From a virus (Duplodnaviria > Caudoviricetes), in IMG/VR virus record IMGVR_UViG_2687453341_000008: a stretch of DNA of 64,000 nt. One strand, written 5' to 3'. The position numbers and the translations under genes were made by a program. Under the pieces are notes generated by a model. That model saw only the letters and a list, made by a program, of their open reading frames with translations. It ran no database searches and was not told where the DNA came from. The stretch's first letter is position 1. Each line of letters opens with the position of its first letter. This document shows positions 1-10,700 of this stretch, piece after piece.

Positions 1-300
1 ATGCCGGTGAATCGAGACGTTGGGAGCATCCGCTGGTTCGTACGTCTTGTCGTACTCCATCGATCCCGTTCTGGTCCGTTGGATCAATTGAGTCAACAAC
101 AACACGATCCGTTTCAAGATGTTCTTGCCAACTCGACTCAATTCAGGATAGATTGCCTCGAACGACAAAAGTATATCGGGAATCGCAACGCATTCCAAAG
201 GGGATGTCCCATTTATTGTTGAAACTTTTGATGGTCTCGCTGGTGAGAACTTACGATTACTTGACTTCACTATCAACTACTCGCCGCCATATTCAGTTGC

Positions 301-867
301 CTAGGGTTTAGAGAACCGCAAGGTCATTCTAGCCGACCTTGATCCCGTCCATTCGATCAGTGTTTCAGGTTCCGACCATTGATCGTAGTAGCCGCCCGAA
401 CCGTATCCATTGCCCGTCGGTTCGGTAAGGGCAGTGTTCCCAGGTCGATCATCGTCAAAAGCAAGGCGCGTCGTTTTGTTCAGCAGGATGGCAACGGCGG
501 ACCCGCTAGCGTTCGGTGTTACGGCCAAGGAAAGTTCAGTGGTGTGGGAATACGTTTGTGGCGACCAAAACGATTGGTATTCGGATTCTTGGCCATCGAA
601 TTTCCAAACCAACGTGTGAGGCTCACCCGTTCTGATTGTGAATGTATACACGCTCGCATCGGCTGGGTCGGATCGCAAAACACACTCGATGTCGAAACAT
701 CCGCTCGCGAATGATGCATCAAATCGAGGGCGAATCATCCGGTCGTCGCGTAACTGCCGCTCAAGTTGCGACGTTCGCCCCAGCACAAAGCACAGGCAAC
801 ACAAACACGCGACAAGCGAGGTGAGAACGAACAGCGTAAGCAAATTAATTTGAAAGGTTTTTATCAA
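301..867 (-). CDS. Hypothetical protein with N-terminal membrane anchor
   Basis: 188-aa ORF; N-terminus FQINLLTLFVLTSLVACL resembles planctomycete accessory-protein leaders. Confidence 0.6.
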   Translation of the reverse strand: MIKTFQINLLTLFVLTSLVACLCCLCFVLGRTSQLERQLRDDRMIRPRFDASFASGCFDIECVLRSDPADASVYTFTIRTGEPHTLVWKFDGQESEYQSFWSPQTYSHTTELSLAVTPNASGSAVAILLNKTTRLAFDDDRPGNTALTEPTGNGYGSGGYYDQWSEPETLIEWTGSRSARMTLRFSKP

Positions 868-1290
868 TAGATGCGTAACCTTTTCAGTCGGACAGTCTCA
901 TCGTGAGAACAAGTCATTCTCCGGCGTTAGCGTCGGAGAATGAAACTAGATTCTAAACGTTTTTGCAGGCCAAATGTGTCCTGAGATCCACGGATCTTCG
1001 CCTCCGCTCGCTCCAGCGGACTACCACAACGATATGGCTACGCCATGACCAACTACCTAACCAAACTTTTCATAACCCCTGGTACAGAAAACTGACGCAT
1101 TCCAGGTCGTGATGAGCTTCTGTTGCTCGGGAAAATTGCAGATATGGACCTCACCTGGATCTATCGGAAATAAGGTTTCACGCATCGTTAAACCTCTCGC
1201 ACTTTTCTCTTTTGGCACGTGCAGATGTTTCAGCAACCGAACTGCATCGACTGGCATCCGTTCTGGATGCGAAATCCTTTATGGAACGAA

Positions 1291-1320
1291 CCGGCGGTGT
1301 CGCTCGCGCACAACCGCCGG
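1291..1320. repeat. REP-like palindrome
   Basis: CCGGCGGT (1291-1298) and ACCGCCGG (1313-1320) are inverted arms. Confidence 0.55.
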
Positions 1321-1385
1321 CTATAGGCTGCTATGCCTTCGGCATTCTTTGTGCGATCAACGATAGAGGAAAGACTGGAACCCGT

Positions 1386-1497
1386 TGGCAAGAACCCGTT
1401 GGCAAGAAGATGGTGGCAAGAAGATGGTGGCAAGAAGATGGTGGCAAGAAGATGGTGGCAAGAAGATGGTGGCAAGAAGATGGTGGCAAGAAGATGC
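1386..1497. repeat. 14-bp tandem repeat TGGCAAGAAGATGG
   Basis: Six perfect copies 1400-1483, one near-perfect copy 1484-1497, variant unit 1386-1399. Confidence 0.95.
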
Positions 1498-1592
1498 AAA
1501 TGCTGCCGCTTAAACCCATTTTTCTGCCCAGTATTCTCTTGCCACTCGATCATGGCGAGGCGACGTGGTGTTTTGTGGCTCCCCAGAACGGA

Positions 1593-1988
1593 TAGCCGCA
1601 TACACTTGTTCACATACTGCCGAGATCGGTTAGTCCCCTCGCTGAGGATCTTTTCGCGGAGGGTTTTGAACTGAATCGGCCCAAAGTCATCCGCTTTGGT
1701 GTCGCCGTAGAGAGCTAGCAGCGCCTTCATCACCAGCCGGATGTTGTTGAACTCGGCAGCGGTGTAGGTCTCTTTAGCGTACTCGGAAAACGACAGAATC
1801 AGCTCGTCGACGGTGCGTCCAGAAGAAGCCGCAACGTACGAATGTTTGTTCGCAAGAAACTCAGAAATGAGCAGCTCATATCGCCGTTTACATTCGGGCG
1901 ACTCATAGAGACCGCAGTAGTAATCCTTGCCTGCGATTCGCACCACACCTTGCCCGGTGCGGTGCCTAGAAAGGGCCGGAACACGCAT
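1593..1988 (-). pseudogene. Truncated tyrosine integrase (N-terminal and core-binding part only)
   Basis: MRVPALSRHRTGQGVVRIAGKDYYCG...FGPIQFKTLRE...RSRQYVNKCM is an integrase-type N-terminus; reading frame then runs into repeat DNA with no catalytic domain. Confidence 0.75.
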
Positions 1989-2095
1989 TCAAACCTCGGT
2001 TTCTCAGTAACTACTGAAAACTACTGGGGATGAAAGCACGCTCTCGGGAGCCGAAAGGTTTCGTTTTAACAACGAATTGCTTGATATTTCATTAG

Positions 2096-2145
2096 TAGCG
2101 ATGAGTGGACTCGAACCACCGACACACGGCTTATGAAGCCGTGTG
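2096..2145 (-). tRNA. 3' half of a tRNA with CAT anticodon (Met/Ile2); probable prophage att site
   Basis: Minus strand ACGGC-TTCATAA-GCCGT anticodon arm, GGTGG-TTCGAGT-CCACT T arm, CATCGCTA acceptor 3' strand; no D arm or 5' acceptor strand upstream. Confidence 0.85.
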
Positions 2146-2259
2146 TCCAGAAAGCCACCTCATTTCCCACTGACTTGCGGCAAACCGCACCGGAACAGGA
2201 ACGCATCCGGAATTCTACGGCGTATATCGTTTCATCACTTTCCCCCGAGAGGAGAACGA

Positions 2260-3180
2260 ATGGCCATGCTTTTGAAGACAGCCCTCGAACAAATCGCTAT
2301 GGAGCACGATCTCTGCTACAAGACCCAGAACATGTACTCGCGGTCGGTTCGGAGATTTTCTGACTGGCTTGGCAAGCAGGCGCAGTCTGACGACCTAGAG
2401 CGAGACAACCTCAACAAGTTCATCCAGTACATCCAGCAATCTCGATCCAACACTACCGCAGGCAACTACCGTCGCGCCTTGTGCCGAGTCTGGAACCACT
2501 TGACTCAGGTGGAGCATAAGCCTGCGTACGAGATCAAGCGGCTGCGACGCCCCAAAGCCGAAGAGACCCCCGTCACGGCATGGAGCCTTCAGGACTTTCA
2601 CGCATTGCTGCAAAGCGCAAGCGAACTTACGGGCTCTTTCCGAAACATACCGGTCCACCCAGGGGACTTGTTCACTGCCATGATTTGGGTCGCCTACAAT
2701 ACTGGTTTGCGACCAACCGACTTGTTTTTGATGCAATGGGCGGATATCGATTTTGCGACCAAGAGCATTTGCCTTATCCAGAACAAAACCAAGAAGCCCC
2801 ATGTAACGTTCCTAGACGACCCGGCGATCGAAGCCTTGCAGAAGATCCGAAATTCCGATCCGGAGTTTGTTTTCCCGGTGACCTGGACCGTCGTCCGGAA
2901 GTGGATGGAGAAGATCTTTCGCGGGGCTGCGAAGTACGGATTTCGTCGCGTACGGGGCAAGAATCTTGGTACACTCAGAAAGACGAATGCAACCCAAGTT
3001 TACATCAGCAGTGGCGAGTCAGCCGCCGCTGAGTCGCTCGGTCATACGAGCGGAACTCGGATCGTTCGCAAATTTTACATAGACCATAGAGCACGCCGAC
3101 AATACTCTGTTCCGAGGCGACCAGATGGATACGGACCAAGCGAAGATCAGGGAAATGATCGAGAAGGCAGTCGAAGCTGA
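2260..3180 (+). CDS. int: Tyrosine recombinase/prophage integrase
   Basis: YNTGLRPTDL, KTKK, GTLRKT, LGHTS, late FY motifs; GGAG before ATG 2260; adjacent to tRNA fragment. Confidence 0.85.
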   Translation: MAMLLKTALEQIAMEHDLCYKTQNMYSRSVRRFSDWLGKQAQSDDLERDNLNKFIQYIQQSRSNTTAGNYRRALCRVWNHLTQVEHKPAYEIKRLRRPKAEETPVTAWSLQDFHALLQSASELTGSFRNIPVHPGDLFTAMIWVAYNTGLRPTDLFLMQWADIDFATKSICLIQNKTKKPHVTFLDDPAIEALQKIRNSDPEFVFPVTWTVVRKWMEKIFRGAAKYGFRRVRGKNLGTLRKTNATQVYISSGESAAAESLGHTSGTRIVRKFYIDHRARRQYSVPRRPDGYGPSEDQGNDREGSRS

Positions 3181-3355
3181 AAGAGCCCGTTGCACTTCAC
3201 TCATGGACATCTATCGAAGCGAGTTCAGCGGGAGCCCTCTACAAGCCGTCTGGACTCGCGTCCGAAACCTAATTGCGACAGGAGCTCCTGCCAGCCAAAC
3301 AAGCCTACACGAGCAGCTTGGCGAGTTGGAGGAAGATCGCAGCGACTTTCGCTGA
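3125..3355 (+). CDS. Small hypothetical protein
   Basis: 76-aa helical-looking ORF overlapping the integrase 3' end. Confidence 0.5.
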   Translation: MDTDQAKIREMIEKAVEAERARCTSLMDIYRSEFSGSPLQAVWTRVRNLIATGAPASQTSLHEQLGELEEDRSDFR

Positions 3356-3366
3356 ATCAACCTAGG

Positions 3367-3663
3367 CTACCACGTCGACAACGCCGTCCGTTTCCATGTG
3401 CTGTCCGCTACGCAAAAGTATGCATAGTTTGCGTCGTACATGCACATCCCTCGCGTGCCTGGAGCTGAGGCGGATGCAGGCGTTCCCCAAATGACATTTC
3501 CGAGATAATCGAGGTCCGGCCAAGGGGTCGACCCGTCCCCGATTTTGAGTAGCCTCGAATCAGTCTCGAACCCTAGCTCACCATCTCCAAGCACCGCATC
3601 AGCCGCCAACCAATTAGCAGCCTCGTCGCGCCGCAAGATGATCCTTGTGACAATCGCGGACAT
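3367..3663 (-). CDS. Miniature tail-fibre-like protein (Mtd_N-like N-terminal domain)
   Basis: RIILRRDEAANW...LGDGELGFETDSRLLKIGDGSTPWPDLDY plus fibre-type C-terminus GTRGMCMYDANYAYFCVADSTWKRTALSTW. Confidence 0.75.
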   Translation of the reverse strand: MSAIVTRIILRRDEAANWLAADAVLGDGELGFETDSRLLKIGDGSTPWPDLDYLGNVIWGTPASASAPGTRGMCMYDANYAYFCVADSTWKRTALSTW

Positions 3664-4120
3664 CGCTTCCGCAACGAGCTGTTTTACCTGCAAACTACTT
3701 AGTGCTTCTGATTCCATTTGGCATTTCCTTCCATGAGGAAGAATCGCAAGGGGAGTCGCCCACTTCAACTTGTGGAACGTACTTCTACAGAAGTGCGATG
3801 CCTTCGTCCCGAGAAAAGATGCGTGGAGCATCTCGAGTCCAGCACCGCATGGGGAAACAAAAAAGCCCCGGGGAGAGAGCATCACGCCCGAAATACTGCT
3901 GCCCCCCGAGGCTTCAATAAAACTATTCGATCAAGGATTTTGTTTCAAGCGTTTGTCTTGTGTGCGAAAGAGAAATTTCAAGCTATCGGCTTTTTGGTGA
4001 TGGACTGACCGGTGCCGATCGCCGTGAAGATTGGGTGAAAATGCAAGTCTGGTCAGATGGTTTTGCTATTCTGAGGTGAGTTTTCTTGGTCGATCAGCAT
4101 TCACAGAATTTTCTAAACCG

Positions 4121-5080
4121 ATGAAACGATTCTTTACATTTCTCGTGACCGCCATGGTCGCACTCAGTTCCGCTCCAGCTTTTGCTTGGTCAGAATGCGG
4201 TCACGCGATCATCATGCAACTGGCCTACCTGAACTCCTCAGCTGCCGAACGTGCCGAAATCGAACGTCTCATGAAGGCGCACCCACGGTTCGTCGACGAC
4301 TTTGCACCACCGAGCGGGATCCAAGCCGACGGCGGCAAGCTCGCATGGAGAATCGGGCGCATCGGTTACTGGCCCGACGTCGCCCGGCGCCAGCCCGAAT
4401 ACCATCGCTCGACTTGGCACTACCAGCTTGGAGCATCGCTGGTGATCGGGGACGAGACTAAGCTGCAGGTCCCTGAGGCCCCCGGACCGGTTCCTGCGGA
4501 CGCCACACTGGCCACCCAGGAACTTCACCTCATCCAGGCCGTCGAGCTGTGTAAGTCGGTTCTGAGGGACAAGAACCGCCCCGACGCCGATCGAGCTGTC
4601 GCGCTCTGTTGGATCGCTCACCTCGTAGCCGATGCCCACCAGCCCTGCCACGCGGGCTCATTGTACGTCGAGGGCGTCTTTACGGAGAAGGATGGGGACC
4701 GAGGAGCAAACCGCATCCTGACGGCGCAGCGAGGCAACATGCACGCTTTGTGGGACCAACTACTTGGTGATCGATACGACGAGGGAGACGTCAAGCGTCG
4801 CGCTGACGAAATCGCCAAGTTGGATGTCGATGCGGGATCCAAGGAGCAGCAGATCGACCCCACCGTCTGGATCGACGAAAGCCGCAAGTTCGCCATCGAG
4901 TCCGTTTACACCGATGAGGTTCTGAGCCAAGTGGCACTCGTCAGTCGAGGCTTGGCCACCGAAGTTCCAAAGGTAGACCTCTCCGAGGCCTACCTGAAGA
5001 ATGCGGGGCGAGTCGCTCAGGAGCGGGCTAAGTTGGCATCGGTGAGATTGGCGGCCGTGATTGCGGAGTGCTCGCAATGA
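4121..5080 (+). CDS. Secreted S1/P1 family nuclease
   Basis: Signal peptide ending AFA, mature N-terminus WSECGH, WPDVAR, HLVADAHQPCH and NMHALWD zinc-binding motifs. Confidence 0.9.
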   Translation: MKRFFTFLVTAMVALSSAPAFAWSECGHAIIMQLAYLNSSAAERAEIERLMKAHPRFVDDFAPPSGIQADGGKLAWRIGRIGYWPDVARRQPEYHRSTWHYQLGASLVIGDETKLQVPEAPGPVPADATLATQELHLIQAVELCKSVLRDKNRPDADRAVALCWIAHLVADAHQPCHAGSLYVEGVFTEKDGDRGANRILTAQRGNMHALWDQLLGDRYDEGDVKRRADEIAKLDVDAGSKEQQIDPTVWIDESRKFAIESVYTDEVLSQVALVSRGLATEVPKVDLSEAYLKNAGRVAQERAKLASVRLAAVIAECSQ

Positions 5081-5106
5081 CTAAGGACTGCCTCGTATAT
5101 TGCCAC

Positions 5107-5147
5107 ATTCATGCGGTTCCTAGATTTTATCGCGGAACCGCATGAAT
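5107..5147. terminator. Hairpin between convergent genes, probable terminator
   Basis: Perfect 14-bp inverted repeat ATTCATGCGGTTCC / GGAACCGCATGAAT. Confidence 0.6.
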
Positions 5148-5186
5148 TGTTGCCGCGGAGGAATCAGTGCCTCTACTGCCGATGAT

Positions 5187-5945
5187 TTACGCTAATCGGA
5201 TTTGAATTCGAAGCGATCCGCGGTTATCCCGGAATCCGTTTCTCCCGTCTCCAAGTTCGTCACCTAATTCATCATTAGCGGACAGGTATAACATCCCATC
5301 GTGTTCAGCCAAAATTTCTCCTCTGGCTCCGATTTCAGCTTTGGTTGATTTTTCAGATGATTCAATGGAAGCGATCAATGCCCCTTCTTTCGCGCTATTA
5401 AGCAGATACTTATTTGAGCCTTGAACAGGGCCAAATCCATTTGCATTGCTCGGGCCTTTGTCTGGGTGCGTTATCCATTTTTCGGAGATATCGCTTTGGT
5501 TGATTGTTACCAGAGTCTTTGCCGGAACGAAAACACCAGTCCTCTGCCATGTCTTCGCTGCGGAAACCCGCACCTCTAATGTATACGAGGAAATAGATTC
5601 GATGGTAGAGTCTGCCGTATCCAGGTCTGCTTGTACTTTAAATGACTCGCCCGGGGCCTTCGAAGCATTTCTTCCATTTTCCAAATTGGCGATGCATTCT
5701 TTAAAAGTAGTTGAAGCGGGCGTGACTACGTCGCCAACCGGTAAGGCCTTTGAGAAGTTGCATGTCAAACTACCTGTAGGTCTTTCCGTGTAGTAAGCAA
5801 ATAACGTGAAAGACTTGATGTTGTCGTCCAACGCAAATCCAGCTTGATAGCTTTGAATTTCCGATTGCTGAATCGGCCCAAACCAAGCACCTCTTTGTGC
5901 ATCTATAAAGCAAACCCAGCTATAGTAACCATAGGCATTTGACAC
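5187..5945 (-). CDS. Protein with C-terminal PA-IL/LecA-like lectin domain
   Basis: VSAAKTWQRTGV...GALIASI...GMLYLSAND...FRDNRGSLRIQI pattern; AT-richer than neighbours. Confidence 0.6.
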   Translation of the reverse strand: MSNAYGYYSWVCFIDAQRGAWFGPIQQSEIQSYQAGFALDDNIKSFTLFAYYTERPTGSLTCNFSKALPVGDVVTPASTTFKECIANLENGRNASKAPGESFKVQADLDTADSTIESISSYTLEVRVSAAKTWQRTGVFVPAKTLVTINQSDISEKWITHPDKGPSNANGFGPVQGSNKYLLNSAKEGALIASIESSEKSTKAEIGARGEILAEHDGMLYLSANDELGDELGDGRNGFRDNRGSLRIQIRLA

Positions 5946-6229
5946 GAGTCACCTCAAATCCAGAAACGAGTTTTGTCACGGAGCTAGGGAATCTCGTGGA
6001 TTCAAGACTAACATTGCCCGCAACGAATCAAACTCGAGACGGCAATTTACGTCCATTTGCTTCCAAGCGGACTCCGACTAGAGCCCTACCTAAACTCCAC
6101 CTATATACAAATGCGGAATTGAGATCTAAAATCGATCAAAATACTATAAAGAATAAAAACATTTCTCATGACCTACGAAGACCGTAGGTGAGTAACGGTT
6201 GTCTCGGTTTGTAGGAAAGTGTCGTGTTC

Positions 6230-7153
6230 TTAGGCGATCGCCAACTCGCCAAGTGTCTCCGCGAGCTTCGTCTGCACCATCTGCATGTCGAGGTCGGGCC
6301 AGTAGACGGCTTTCAAAGATCCGAGGATCGCGAGCAACAATGCGGGGAGCGATTGCTGCACGGATGTGTTGGATAGAAGATCGCTCACGAGCCCGTTCTC
6401 GACGGCGTCGCGTTGGGCCTTTTCCGATCGGTAGCCTGCGAGCTCTTGCTCCTTCTGCGTTCGCTCGGGGCTCGGGCCTTCAGGAAGAGCGGCGATCGCG
6501 GCCGTTAGCTGCGTGATGCGCTGCACGAGCTGCGTGTTGTAGGCTTCGCGTTGAGCTCGCGTCGCGGCGTCCTCGAAACTGAGCGTGTACAGCGATGGAG
6601 CACCTTCCTCCTGCTCGTCACCGAACAGCCCCACTTTGAGCGTGATCGACTTGGCGGACTCGTAGGGAATGCGAGCGTCCCATTGCATTTCGCGCACGTA
6701 GAGAGGGATTCCCCCGACCGACGTCTCCGGATCGCTCCACTCGGTGAATTCGTCGAGCGCGTCAGAGAACACGTCCTGCCACAATGCAGTGAGCGTGGGC
6801 AGGCCTCCGGCGAGCAGAATTGATTCGGCCCAAATCGTCTCCGGATTGGCGATCGTAGCCTGAAGGTTCGCGATTGCTGCGTTGTCTTGCTCGGTCTTCG
6901 TTGGCAGTGCTTGCAACTTTGCCAAAGCGGATTCGAAGAATGCTTTCAGCGGGAATCGATAGGTTGCAGCTGGTCCCTTCACCGATCCCATGTAGGGGGT
7001 TACTTCGCATTCGATACCAGGAAGATCGACTCCTTGGCGATAGAGGTCCTCGCCGTTCTGAGTCTGGTAGCCAGTTGGCTCCCACTTGATCGTGGGGCGC
7101 TTGGTGACTCTGAGATGCGAAATGTATGGCAATGCGGATCGTACTTCTGACAT
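6230..7153 (-). CDS. Phage hypothetical protein
   Basis: Long ORF co-oriented with the tail module; short coiled-coil near C-terminus; start taken at MSEVRS. Confidence 0.65.
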   Translation of the reverse strand: MSEVRSALPYISHLRVTKRPTIKWEPTGYQTQNGEDLYRQGVDLPGIECEVTPYMGSVKGPAATYRFPLKAFFESALAKLQALPTKTEQDNAAIANLQATIANPETIWAESILLAGGLPTLTALWQDVFSDALDEFTEWSDPETSVGGIPLYVREMQWDARIPYESAKSITLKVGLFGDEQEEGAPSLYTLSFEDAATRAQREAYNTQLVQRITQLTAAIAALPEGPSPERTQKEQELAGYRSEKAQRDAVENGLVSDLLSNTSVQQSLPALLLAILGSLKAVYWPDLDMQMVQTKLAETLGELAIA

Positions 7154-7167
7154 GGTTTCCCCGATTA

Positions 7168-7746
7168 TTAAGGTTGGAATTGCTTTTGTGGCCAAGTCGA
7201 ATCAGCGTTCGCGAGATCAAGAATCTGCGAATTGCTGATCGTGCCGATTTGGGCGACTAAGGATCTTTCAGTGGCGAAGCACGCATTCACGTACCACGCA
7301 AAGCATTCATAGATGCGTGTTATCTGCTGAGGTGAGAGCAAGACATTTTGGCCCCCTCTCGGTTTGTATTCGAACGCGGCTGTTGCTCCTGGGCGCAACG
7401 TGATGTCTAGTAGCATCCCTTGCCAAACAGGCATCTCTTCGCGTAGCGTTGTCACCTGTTGGTCACCGATGCGAATGCCGCTCGACTCACGCATCCAGCG
7501 AATCTCTGCCAGTCGGATGAGCAGGGACTCATCGGAGAGCTCTTCCGTTTCAATCGGCTCTACAGCCCATTGTTGAAACCAAACACCGTTTGAAAGGACA
7601 GGAGATTGTGTGTCCACACAAACGTGAGCGTTGTCTACCGCAGGCGGAAGCGTGGGGATTACGGGGATCAAGCCAAGTGACTCAAGTTGCTCAATCGTGA
7701 TGCCATCAGGCAGCGAGCCATCAGGCTTGGTTAAGAATTGTCTCAT
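7168..7746 (-). CDS. Tail fibre assembly-like protein (DUF4376-like)
   Basis: Coupled to fibre gene by TGATG overlap; LAEIRWMRESSGI...YVNACFATERSL pattern. Confidence 0.65.
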   Translation of the reverse strand: MRQFLTKPDGSLPDGITIEQLESLGLIPVIPTLPPAVDNAHVCVDTQSPVLSNGVWFQQWAVEPIETEELSDESLLIRLAEIRWMRESSGIRIGDQQVTTLREEMPVWQGMLLDITLRPGATAAFEYKPRGGQNVLLSPQQITRIYECFAWYVNACFATERSLVAQIGTISNSQILDLANADSTWPQKQFQP

Positions 7747-10700
7747 CAGAACTCCGTGATGATGAAGATCGCGGCCTTGCCACCATTGCCACCTGCGCCA
7801 GAAGTAAATCCGTTTCGCGACGCGCCACCCCCTCCGCCACCACAACCATATCCCAGGGCATTGCCTCCATTTCCACCAGGACCACTTGTGTTTCCACCAC
7901 CGCCACCGGCACCGAATCCGAGCATTGCACCGATTTCGCTGATTGTTTCGATGATGGTTGCCGGTCCATCACTACCGTTACCACCTCCTGCGGCTCCTCC
8001 ACCGGTACCAGCTGTGATGCCAAGCCAGCCAGCTTGAACTCCTTGATCGGTATGATGACCTCCCCTACCAGCTACGTTTGAAGTAGTAATACCTCCACCG
8101 GCTGCACCTCCGGTTAGCAAATAACCCAGTGCTTGTGGGGTGTTTAGAGGTGCTCTATTTGCTGCTCCTCCTGTAGTTGAAGCAGCCTCTCCGCTTTGAT
8201 TTTGAATCACGTTAGCAGTTGTGCCACCAGAACTACCACCGCCTGTTCCGGCTCCTCCTCCAGTTCCACCTGCACCTCCTCCCGCAGCTAGTCTGATAGG
8301 GCTGCCGACATCACCGAAAATTGCAGATCCGCCATGCCCTCCGTTGGCTCCGCTTGTATCGTCAGTTGTTCTTGCTGCTCCACCTATCGCTTGTGTACCA
8401 ATCGTTAAATTGACAGTCCCCGGTAAATGTGAGGCGACGTATGAGCGTACACCCACACTACCGGCAACTCCGCCACCACCGCCAACACTAGCTTCTCCTG
8501 ATGGTCCTCGTCTTCCCGAACCGCCACCGCCTCCTCCACTTACGCAAATTACGGTTACCCTGGTTGCTCCTGCAGGTTTGACCCATACTGTGGTCCCTGG
8601 GGTATCGTAAATCTGCGTCGTTGACGTCGGAGTGTGATTTGCGAATTCTGTTCCGTTATGCCGAATCACTTGGCCTTCGGTAGGGCCCGTCACAGTTACA
8701 TCGCTGAGTCCATCCAGATTGGTGACGCCGGGGACTGTAGATCCTGCCTTCTTGATCACGCCACCATCGTTGACGAACTTGGCTATTTCCCCAGACGAAG
8801 TGTTCTTGACTAGACGGGATAACCCGGATGCTATGTCAAGCGAGCTGGGGTCCGAGGAGAGGGATTGGAAAGCGGAAGTGATGTGACTTTCGACATTCAA
8901 TCGCGATGAAATGGTGGTGATTGCTGCCACAGCATCAACACCGCCTGCCAGCGTGAGTTGCATCCGACCATTCACGACGTCTCGAACATAGAACGCATTG
9001 CTATTCGCAGTGTACGCTAGCCAAGGGTGCGATCCCCCGACCACGGCAGGTGTAGAGTTCGCAAAGACAATGCCGCCACCGCCCGAGACGAACAACCCGC
9101 TTTCGACATACGCATTCGCATGAACCTGCAGGTTTGAACTAGGTGAATTGGCCCCACCAGTCATGGTCATAAACATTCGACCATTGATAGTATCACGGGT
9201 GAACAAAGCATTGCTGTTAGCGGTATACACGATCCACGGAATTGAACCGCTAGTAGCTACAGGAGTAACGCTTGAATACTGAATTCCTGCGGTTCCAGAA
9301 ACCTTGATGCCGTTGCTCGCTGATACAACATTGCTGAAGTTAGCAGCACCTGCGAAAAAACCTCCAAAGTCGGTATCGGCAGTATTGCGAACTTGTAAGT
9401 CGCCAGCGTTGTTCTTAAGGCGAATAGCGGTTCCGAGTTGGATCTGGCCGATAGGGAAGTCGACGAGTCCAGTGTTACCAAACATGGTTTGGACTGGGAT
9501 AGTTAATCCGGTAGCAGTCGACGTCACCATCATCGAAGTGTTGACTTCACTTAATGATGAACCAATAACTGAGCCGATCGTGCTACGGATCGCAAACGAA
9601 GGAACGTTGGAGAGCACGCCGGTCGCCCCACCCGTTCGGAAGCTCAACAGGTTTCGGTAGTGCCCCGATACAGTTGTCGAAGGCGCAGCGAAAGTCCCGC
9701 CCAGGTAAGTAACCTCAAAGCTCGACTGAGTCGATGCGCTTGCGAATCCCCCGTAGTCATATACTCGCACGCCAGTGCGATCGCCAGTGTTCACTGGGAG
9801 GATGGAGAGCGATCGAGCCGATTGCCCAGGCATGCCGATGCTCAGCAACCCGCGATTGATCTCCACATTGCCCGTGTTGCCTCGCAGGACGATGTCATCG
9901 GTCTGGGTCGAATAATCATTCTGCCCCGTGGTCATGTTAACACTGGCCGAGATGACAATGTCCCCATGCGCCGCGTTGGCAGAGTAGGTTCGAGCACTAA
10001 TCGCCCCAGCGATGTACCCGCCCACCTGCGTAAGGAATCCTAGCCTTGCGTTCGCCGGAGTGGCCGTACTGCCCCCAAGATCAGCAACAACTTGCAGCTC
10101 GCCTACCCGCGTCTTGCGATAGAACGCGTTGGTCGAATCGCGAACCTCAAGCGACGATGCACCCGCGTTCCAACGGAGTATGTGGCCTGCTGTACCGCCA
10201 ATTTGCAGCGTACCTGTGGAATAGATATTCCCGGCAGGTGAAACGGAAAACGCCTCTACGGCACCGCTATCTGTAATGCGAAACGGCGCGCCAGTTTGGC
10301 CAGCTAGATTGCGAATCCAAATACCATGATTTGCTGTATTAGTCGGAGAGAGATAAAGCCTAACATCGCTCCGCATAGCGAGCCCCATAGCTGCTATTCC
10401 GCTCACTGTCAGATTGGCGGAACTGAGGTTCCCTGATGCGGTCAAATCGCCAGAAAACGCATTAACAGCCGCATTTAATAACGGAACATTCGAAGACAGC
10501 CTCGAATCGGCAATTGTCCCTGTGAGCTTGCTTGCGGCAATCGCGGTGATCCAGGCCGGATCGGGGTAAGAGAAGTCACTGCGGACGACCTGCGGCGATA
10601 GACGTGCGTTGGCGAGCGTACCGGTGACGAGATCGGAGGCGGATCCCGAGGTTGCGACGGCGGCGAGGGATGATGTCGGGGTGTACGATGCGAGGGCGGC

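Noticed and set aside
234-940. Similar GTCTC...GTGAGAAC motifs on both sides of ORF 301-867, suggesting an integron-like cassette
   Set aside because: Match is short, no convincing attC structure, and no integron integrase in the window
1386-1497. CRISPR array
   Set aside because: Units are contiguous 14-mers with no spacers, and no cas genes are present
2096-2145. Functional tRNA gene
   Set aside because: D arm and 5' acceptor strand are missing
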